From a bacterium (GTDB lineage Bacteria > UBA8248): a stretch of 64,000 nucleotides of DNA. Location: positions 1,120,001 through 1,184,000 of the forward strand of contig CBDCRP010000003.1 in NCBI GenBank assembly GCA_965221165.1, written 5' to 3'. Every line of letters begins with the position of its first letter. Position 1 is the stretch's first letter. This document shows positions 58,517 to 64,000 of this stretch, in pieces. Below the pieces are notes generated by a model that was not told the origin of the DNA, made no database searches, and saw nothing but the letters and a program-made list of their open reading frames with translations. Position numbers and translations under genes: made by a program.

Positions 58517-60079
58517 TTGCCGCTCGATCCGAATCGACAAGACCCGATAGATGAACTTAAAGCGCTGACCTCCAAGGCGCGGGCTCTGGGAGGTGAGGCT
58601 GCGAAAGAACGCCAGCACAAGCAGGGGAAGCTGACCGCCAGGGAGCGGATTGGCCTTCTGCTCGACCCCGAGAGTTTTTCGGAAATCAACCTTTTCGTCG
58701 AAACGCGCGCAACGGATTTCGGGATGGATGCGAGGCGGTCGCCGGGGGACGGCGTCGTCACCGGCAGCGGATACGTGAACGGCCAGCTCGTGTTCGTGGC
58801 CTCGCAGGATTTCGGCTCCCTCGGCGGCTCTCTGGGAGAGATGCACGCGGAAAAAATCGTGAAGATGCAGGAACACGCCATGAAGGCGGGCGCGCCCATC
58901 GTCACCATTCTCGATTCGGGCGGCGCGCGCATACAAGAGGGCGTTCTCGCGCTGCACGGCTATGCGCGCATCTTTCAGCGCAACACCCACGCATCGGGCG
59001 TGATTCCCCAGATATCGGTCATTCTCGGCCCCTGCGCGGGCGGGGCCGTCTACTCACCCGCCATCACGGATTTCGTTTTCATGGTCGACGGGTTGAGCAA
59101 GATGTTCATCACCGGGCCGGAAGTCATCAAGGCGGTGACGGGAGAAGACGTATCCGTCGAGGAGTTGGGCGGCGGCGCGGTGCATAGCTCGACGAGCGGG
59201 AACGCGCACTTTCTCGCCAAAGACGAGCGTGAATGTTTCGAGATGGTGAAAAAACTGCTCTCCTTCCTGCCATCGAACAATCTCGACGATCCTCCTCTGT
59301 CCGATGCGCCGGAGTGGCCGCCCGATGAGAACCCCGAACTGGACGGCATCGTCCCGGCGGAGGCCACGAGCGCCTACGACGTTCGGGATTTGGTGACCAA
59401 CGTCTTCGACGACGGAGATTTTCTGGAGGTACATGCGGATTTCGCCAAAAACATCGTCGTCGGGTTCACGCGTTTGAGGGGGAAACCCGTCGGCGTCGTG
59501 GGAAACCAGCCCACGCACCTGGCCGGCGTACTGGACATCGACAGTTCCGACAAGCTCGCCCGCTTCGTACGCTTCTGCGACGCCTTCAACTTACCGCTCA
59601 TCAACTTCGTGGACGTTCCCGGCTATCTGCCCGGCACCCAGCAGGAATACGGCGGCGTCATCCGCCACGGAGCCAAGGTGCTCTTTGCCTACAGCGAGGC
59701 GAACGTGCCGAAAATCGCCTTGATCGTTCGCAAAAGCTATGGCGGCGCTTATATCGCGATGAGCGGGTTCGGTCTGGGCTACGACCGCGTTCTCGCATAT
59801 CCGTTCGCCGAGATCGCCGTGATGGGTCCCGAGGGCGCCGCCAACATCATCTTCCGGCGCGAAATCGGAGAAGCCGAGGACCCCGAAAAAGTCCGACAGG
59901 AGAAGATTGAAGAATACCGCAGGCTTTTCGCCAAACCCTACACGACCGCGAAATACGGGCTCGTAGACGCCGTCATCGAGCCGCGCCATACGAGAGGCGC
60001 GCTCATCCGCGCCCTGGAGATGACCGCGAACAAGCGAGAGGACAGGCCGCAGAAAAAACACGGAAACATTCCGCTGTAA
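58517..60079 (+). CDS. mmdA: Acyl-CoA carboxyltransferase / methylmalonyl-CoA decarboxylase alpha subunit
   Basis: GKLTARERI, DSGGARIQEG, GPCAGGAVYSPA, DVPGYLPG, KKHGNIPL motifs; operon context. Confidence 0.85.
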   Translation: MPLDPNRQDPIDELKALTSKARALGGEAAKERQHKQGKLTARERIGLLLDPESFSEINLFVETRATDFGMDARRSPGDGVVTGSGYVNGQLVFVASQDFGSLGGSLGEMHAEKIVKMQEHAMKAGAPIVTILDSGGARIQEGVLALHGYARIFQRNTHASGVIPQISVILGPCAGGAVYSPAITDFVFMVDGLSKMFITGPEVIKAVTGEDVSVEELGGGAVHSSTSGNAHFLAKDERECFEMVKKLLSFLPSNNLDDPPLSDAPEWPPDENPELDGIVPAEATSAYDVRDLVTNVFDDGDFLEVHADFAKNIVVGFTRLRGKPVGVVGNQPTHLAGVLDIDSSDKLARFVRFCDAFNLPLINFVDVPGYLPGTQQEYGGVIRHGAKVLFAYSEANVPKIALIVRKSYGGAYIAMSGFGLGYDRVLAYPFAEIAVMGPEGAANIIFRREIGEAEDPEKVRQEKIEEYRRLFAKPYTTAKYGLVDAVIEPRHTRGALIRALEMTANKREDRPQKKHGNIPL

Positions 60080-60096
60080 ATAATAAGGATTTCCCC

Positions 60097-60417
60097 GTGG
60101 ATACATTCTTGCCCGGAATCATGCTGACGATCATCGGCATGGGCGTCGTATTCGGTTCCCTGATCGTGCTGATGGTTGTCATCCTGCTTCTGAAGAAATT
60201 CGTCGGCTCAGGGCTTCAGGAAACCGAAGCGGCTGCCGAGGAGGAGAAGACCTCGCCGGAAAGCGGCGATCTGGAAATCGTTCTCGCCGCCGCCGCCGGA
60301 TATTTTCTGGAAACGGACAGTCCCGAGATTCACGTTCCCCCGGTGCGCCGGAATGTAAATTCCATTTGGGCGCGAACCGCCCGCCTGGGCCACTTCGACC
60401 AGCGGAGGCGGCGGTGA
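60097..60417 (+). CDS. mmdD: OadG-family decarboxylase delta/gamma subunit
   Basis: GMGVVFGSLIVL TM; IVLAAAA; SIWARTAR. Confidence 0.8.
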   Translation: MDTFLPGIMLTIIGMGVVFGSLIVLMVVILLLKKFVGSGLQETEAAAEEEKTSPESGDLEIVLAAAAGYFLETDSPEIHVPPVRRNVNSIWARTARLGHFDQRRRR

Positions 60418-60821
60418 GAAATTTCCATCTGACCATCAACGGAAAACGCTACGCGGTGAGCGTCGAGCGCGACCCCGGCTCGAACGATCTCGATGTCACG
60501 GTAGACGGCCAAACCCATCGCGTGGGGGTGGAAGAAGAGGAGAAGGCCACCCCCGCCGCTCCCCGTCCATCCGCCGCGCGCAAGCCCTCACCCAAGCCGG
60601 TGAGCACCGGCGGGAGAATACTGGCCCCCTTGCCGGGCGAGGTTTTATCCGTCGAGGTGGCTCCCGGCGATGCGGTGCGCGCCGGGGACACGCTTTTGGT
60701 GCTCGAAGCCATGAAGATGGAAAACGTGATTTCGGCTGATTCCGATTGCACGGTTCAGGCTGTTCACGTGCGCAAAGGCGACAAGGTGGAAGCCTCTCAA
60801 CTGCTGATGGAAATTTCATGA
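60414..60821 (+). CDS. mmdC: Biotin carrier subunit
   Basis: GTG 60414 overlaps the previous stop; [11 protein letters not shown], Ala/Pro linker, EAMKM biotinylation motif. Confidence 0.88.
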   Translation: MRNFHLTINGKRYAVSVERDPGSNDLDVTVDGQTHRVGVEEEEKATPAAPRPSAARKPSPKPVSTGGRILAPLPGEVLSVEVAPGDAVRAGDTLLVLEAMKMENVISADSDCTVQAVHVRKGDKVEASQLLMEIS

Positions 60822-61942
60822 GCCGCTTGTTCTACTCGGTCGCCGATTTCATATCCGTCACCGGATTTTCGTCGCTGGGTTTCGGCGACGTCCTCATGCT
60901 CGGAATCTCCTGCCTCCTGCTATACCTGGCCATCCAGAAGGGTTTCGAGCCCTTGCTCCTGGTGCCCATCGGATTCGGAATGCTGCTCTCGAACCTCCCC
61001 GAAACCGGTATTTTCGACGAGGGCGGCCTCATCCGCTATTTCTACTTCGGGGTGAAGGCCGGCGTGTTTCCGCCCCTGATCTTCATGGGCATCGGCGCGC
61101 TCACGGACTTCGGCCCACTGCTGGCGAATCCCAAGACATTGCTCCTCGGCGCGGCGGCGCAGTTCGGCATCTTCGCCACGCTGCTCGGAAGCATATTCCT
61201 GGGCTTCAACCTCTCCGAAGCCGGCGCCATCGGCATCATCGGCGGCGCGGACGGCCCCACGGCCATCTATACCGCCTCGAAACTGGCGCCTCACCTGCTC
61301 GGCCCCATCGCCGTGGCCGCCTACAGCTATATGGCGCTCGTGCCGCTGATACAGCCCCCCATCATGAAGGCGTTGACCACCGAGGAGGAACGCGCCCGAG
61401 CGATGATGCAGCTCAGAGAAATCGAAAAACCCGTCCGCATCCTCTTCCCCATCATCACGACGCTGCTCACTGGTCTTCTTCTCCCCTCGGCGGCGCCCCT
61501 CATCGGGATGCTCATGCTCGGCAACCTCTTCCGCGAGTGCGGGGTCGTCGAGAGGCTCCTCAAGACCTCCGAGGATGCGCTGCTCAACATGGTGACGATA
61601 TTCCTCGGCGTATCCGTGGGCGCTTCGATGACGGCCGAGAGTTTTCTCAAGTGGGAGACCATCGGCATCCTCTTGCTGGGCTTCATCGCCTTCAGCATCG
61701 GCACGGCCACCGGCGTGATCTTCGGCAAGATAATGGCCGCGTTCAGCAGTACGCCGATCAATCCCCTCATCGGCGCCGCCGGCGTGAGCGCAGTTCCCAT
61801 GGCGGCCCGCGTCGTCCAGAAGGTGGGAGCCGACGAGAATCCGGGCAATTTTCTGCTCATGCACGCGATGGGTCCCAACGTGGCGGGCGTCATCGGCTCG
61901 GCGATTGCGGCCGGCGTGCTGATATCACTCATTCGAACCTGA
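60818..61942 (+). CDS. mmdB: Sodium ion-translocating decarboxylase beta subunit
   Basis: [45 protein letters not shown] motifs. ATG 60818. Confidence 0.95.
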   Translation: MSRLFYSVADFISVTGFSSLGFGDVLMLGISCLLLYLAIQKGFEPLLLVPIGFGMLLSNLPETGIFDEGGLIRYFYFGVKAGVFPPLIFMGIGALTDFGPLLANPKTLLLGAAAQFGIFATLLGSIFLGFNLSEAGAIGIIGGADGPTAIYTASKLAPHLLGPIAVAAYSYMALVPLIQPPIMKALTTEEERARAMMQLREIEKPVRILFPIITTLLTGLLLPSAAPLIGMLMLGNLFRECGVVERLLKTSEDALLNMVTIFLGVSVGASMTAESFLKWETIGILLLGFIAFSIGTATGVIFGKIMAAFSSTPINPLIGAAGVSAVPMAARVVQKVGADENPGNFLLMHAMGPNVAGVIGSAIAAGVLISLIRT

Positions 61943-61956
61943 TGGAGCGAACCCTT

Positions 61957-63147
61957 ATGTCTGGACCACTGGAAGGTATCCGGGTAGTCGACCTGACGCG
62001 AATTCTCGCAGGTCCTTATTGCACCATGATGCTGGGCGATATGGGTGCCGAAATCATCAAGATCGAAAATCCCGACGGAGGAGACGATACGCGAAGCTGG
62101 GGTCCCCCTTTCCTGAACGGAGTGAGCGCATACTTCATCTCCATTAACCGGAACAAGAAAAGCCTCACGCTCAACTTGAAAGATGAACGCGGAAAGGAGC
62201 TTCTGCGGGATTTGATTCGCAACAGCGACGTGACGGTGGAGAATTTCAGGCCCGGCACCCTGGATAAACTCGGGTTTTCCTGGGAGGAAATCCACCGGAT
62301 CAACCCCGCGATGATATTCGCCTCGCTCTCGGGCTTCGGCCAGACCGGCCCCAGAAAAAGCGAACCCGGCTTCGACGTGGTCATCCAGGGAGAGGGCGGG
62401 CTGATGAGCATCACCGGAGAGCCCGACGGCCCGCCCAACAAGGTGGGCGCATCCGTCGCGGACATCACGGCGGGAATGCTCGCCGCCCAGGGCATTCTGC
62501 TCTCCTTGTATCATCGCGAGAAAACGGGGGTGGGGCAGATGGTCGACGTCGGCATGCTCGACGGGCAGGTGGCCCTGCTCACCTACCATGCGAACGGCTA
62601 CTTCGCGACCGGAAAGGTGCCGCCGAGGCGGGGGAACAAACATCCCTCCATCACGCCTTATGAAACATATTCGTGCAAGGACGGATATTTCAACCTAGGC
62701 GTGGGCAACGACAGCCTGTGGCGAAGATTCTGCGACGCGATGGGGTTGGGGCACATCAAGGAAGACCCCAAATTCGCCGTCAACAAGGACCGGGTGGACA
62801 ACCGCCTGGAGCTGCAGGAGATTCTCGACGCACTCTTCGCCGAGAAGACGGTGGAAGAAACGCTCGAAGCCCTGCGGGGAGCGGGCATTCCGTGCGGCCC
62901 GATCAACAATCTCGCACAGGTGCTGAGCGAACCCCAGGTCCTCGCCCGGGACATGGTGGTGGACCTCGACGTGCCCATCGCCGGCCCAACAAAAGTGACT
63001 GGCGTGCCCATCAAACTCTCCGAAACACCGGGCGCCGTGCGGACTCCTCCGCCCACGCTGGGCCAACACACCGAAGAGGTGCTGGAAACCGTTCTCGGAA
63101 TGGATGAAGCGCAAAGAAACACCCTTCGACAAGAAGGCGTGGTCTGA
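61957..63147 (+). CDS. Class III CoA-transferase (CaiB/BaiF)
   Basis: LEGIRVVDL, AGPY, NRNKKSL, ENFRPG, GFGQTGP, SVAD, LGQHT motifs. Start ATG 61957 (or 61942). Confidence 0.93.
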   Translation: MSGPLEGIRVVDLTRILAGPYCTMMLGDMGAEIIKIENPDGGDDTRSWGPPFLNGVSAYFISINRNKKSLTLNLKDERGKELLRDLIRNSDVTVENFRPGTLDKLGFSWEEIHRINPAMIFASLSGFGQTGPRKSEPGFDVVIQGEGGLMSITGEPDGPPNKVGASVADITAGMLAAQGILLSLYHREKTGVGQMVDVGMLDGQVALLTYHANGYFATGKVPPRRGNKHPSITPYETYSCKDGYFNLGVGNDSLWRRFCDAMGLGHIKEDPKFAVNKDRVDNRLELQEILDALFAEKTVEETLEALRGAGIPCGPINNLAQVLSEPQVLARDMVVDLDVPIAGPTKVTGVPIKLSETPGAVRTPPPTLGQHTEEVLETVLGMDEAQRNTLRQEGVV

Positions 63148-63227
63148 GGATCAAGATGGGGACATCTTCTGGGACTTCTCCATCATCGGGCCACTGATGC
63201 GCGATAGGACATTTTCTGGGGATTGAC

Positions 63228-63896
63228 ATGCGAATACCGGGCGTTCAAATCGAAAAACCCAAATCCTTGAGCAAGATGGTGTCGGAGCAGATAAAAGACG
63301 CCATCCTGAGCGGAATCTTTCAGCCCGGAGACAAGCTGGTCGAGACGACGCTGACCGAATCGATGGGCGTAAGCAGAACGCCGCTTCGAGAAGCCTTCCG
63401 GGAACTCGCAGCGGAGGGCTATATCACCGTCGTTCCCCATAAGGGAGCGCATGTAAGCCTCGTGAGCGAGGATGAGGTTTTGGACATCTACGCCATCACC
63501 AGCGTGCTGGAGGGTCTCGCCACGCGCCTCGCGACCCCGAACCTCCAGGAGGGAAGGGCGAGCGAAAAGCTCCATCAGTTTTTCAATCAGTTGAAACAAC
63601 ACCATGAGCGCGGCGAGGTGGATTCCTACTGGGCGGCGAACCGCGATTTTCACCGCCACATCACGAGCGCTTGCGAGAACTCGAGACTTCAGGCGCTCAT
63701 CGGAAACCTCCGGCAGCAAATCATGAAAACCCGCGTGGTGACGCTCCATGCGCCCGGGCGCCTCGACGGCTCCATGGCCGAGCACGAGGAAATACTCCAT
63801 GCCATTCTCGGCGATGACGGGAGAACCGCCGAGCGCCTGGTGATAAGACACCTGGAAATTCAAGGGAAATTCGTGCTGGACCTCATCAAGGGATAA
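63228..63896 (+). CDS. GntR family regulator with FCD domain
   Basis: GVSRTPLREA HTH; NRDFH and EHEEIL FCD motifs. Confidence 0.93.
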   Translation: MRIPGVQIEKPKSLSKMVSEQIKDAILSGIFQPGDKLVETTLTESMGVSRTPLREAFRELAAEGYITVVPHKGAHVSLVSEDEVLDIYAITSVLEGLATRLATPNLQEGRASEKLHQFFNQLKQHHERGEVDSYWAANRDFHRHITSACENSRLQALIGNLRQQIMKTRVVTLHAPGRLDGSMAEHEEILHAILGDDGRTAERLVIRHLEIQGKFVLDLIKG

Positions 63897-63918
63897 CCTG
63901 AAAAAGCGGGATTTCAGG
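63897..63918. terminator. Possible terminator hairpin between convergent genes
   Basis: CCTGAAA-N8-TTTCAGG directly after the GntR stop. Confidence 0.35.
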
Positions 63919-63930
63919 CGCAGGGAGCGA

Positions 63931-64000
63931 CTAGGAAATCACTTCCCTCGCGCTTAGGTGCTCCATTTGCAGTGCCTCGGCCACTCCCGCGTGCGTAATG
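63931..64000 (-). CDS. 3' end of a probable alanine dehydrogenase (runs off window)
   Basis: Manual translation ...ITHAGVAEALQMEHLSAREVIS* resembles the Ald C-terminus; only 22 aa visible. Confidence 0.4.
   Translation of the reverse strand, partial: ITHAGVAEALQMEHLSAREVIS

Noticed and set aside
61327-63147. 438-aa minus ORF and the 140-aa N-terminal extension of the CoA-transferase ORF (61537)
   Set aside because: Antisense shadow; the extension overlaps mmdB out of frame, and the real start is 61957/61942.

Overview
Bacterial chromosome segment from a diderm (LPS-making) organism. The gene order (lysS-lolC-lolD-clpC-bamA) looks Nitrospinota/Nitrospirota/delta-proteobacteria-like, but this is inference only. 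From 1 to 39 kb it is almost all minus-strand housekeeping genes: lipid A and outer-membrane biogenesis, clpC, lysS, prfB with its programmed +1 frameshift, lnt, uvrBC, an HNH nuclease, PBP1A (plus strand), ftsY, smc, rnc, a fab/plsX/rpmF cluster lacking fabG, Ppx/GppA, gamma-CA and an M23 peptidase. The best candidate for an undescribed system is 39.26-46.09 kb: a compact, intact-looking, translationally coupled operon of siphovirus-like tail-tip genes (Dit-like, split hub/Tal, fibre/RBP, fibre chaperone, small membrane proteins). The tape-measure gene is placed last, and there is no capsid, terminase, tube, integrase, repressor or endolysin, so it may be a domesticated GTA/tailocin-like module. 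It is followed by a 630-bp structured non-coding region ending in 10-bp-phased T-tracts. From 46.7 to 64 kb there are metabolic genes, including a CinA with a degenerate deamidase domain and a Na+-pumping (methyl)malonyl-CoA decarboxylase operon with a class III CoA-transferase, a GntR regulator and an MdcY-like operator. This stretch also has a nested MITE/REP family whose modules are inverted between copies. No rRNA, tRNA or CRISPR array was seen. All family assignments come from recognising motifs by eye; no database searches were run.
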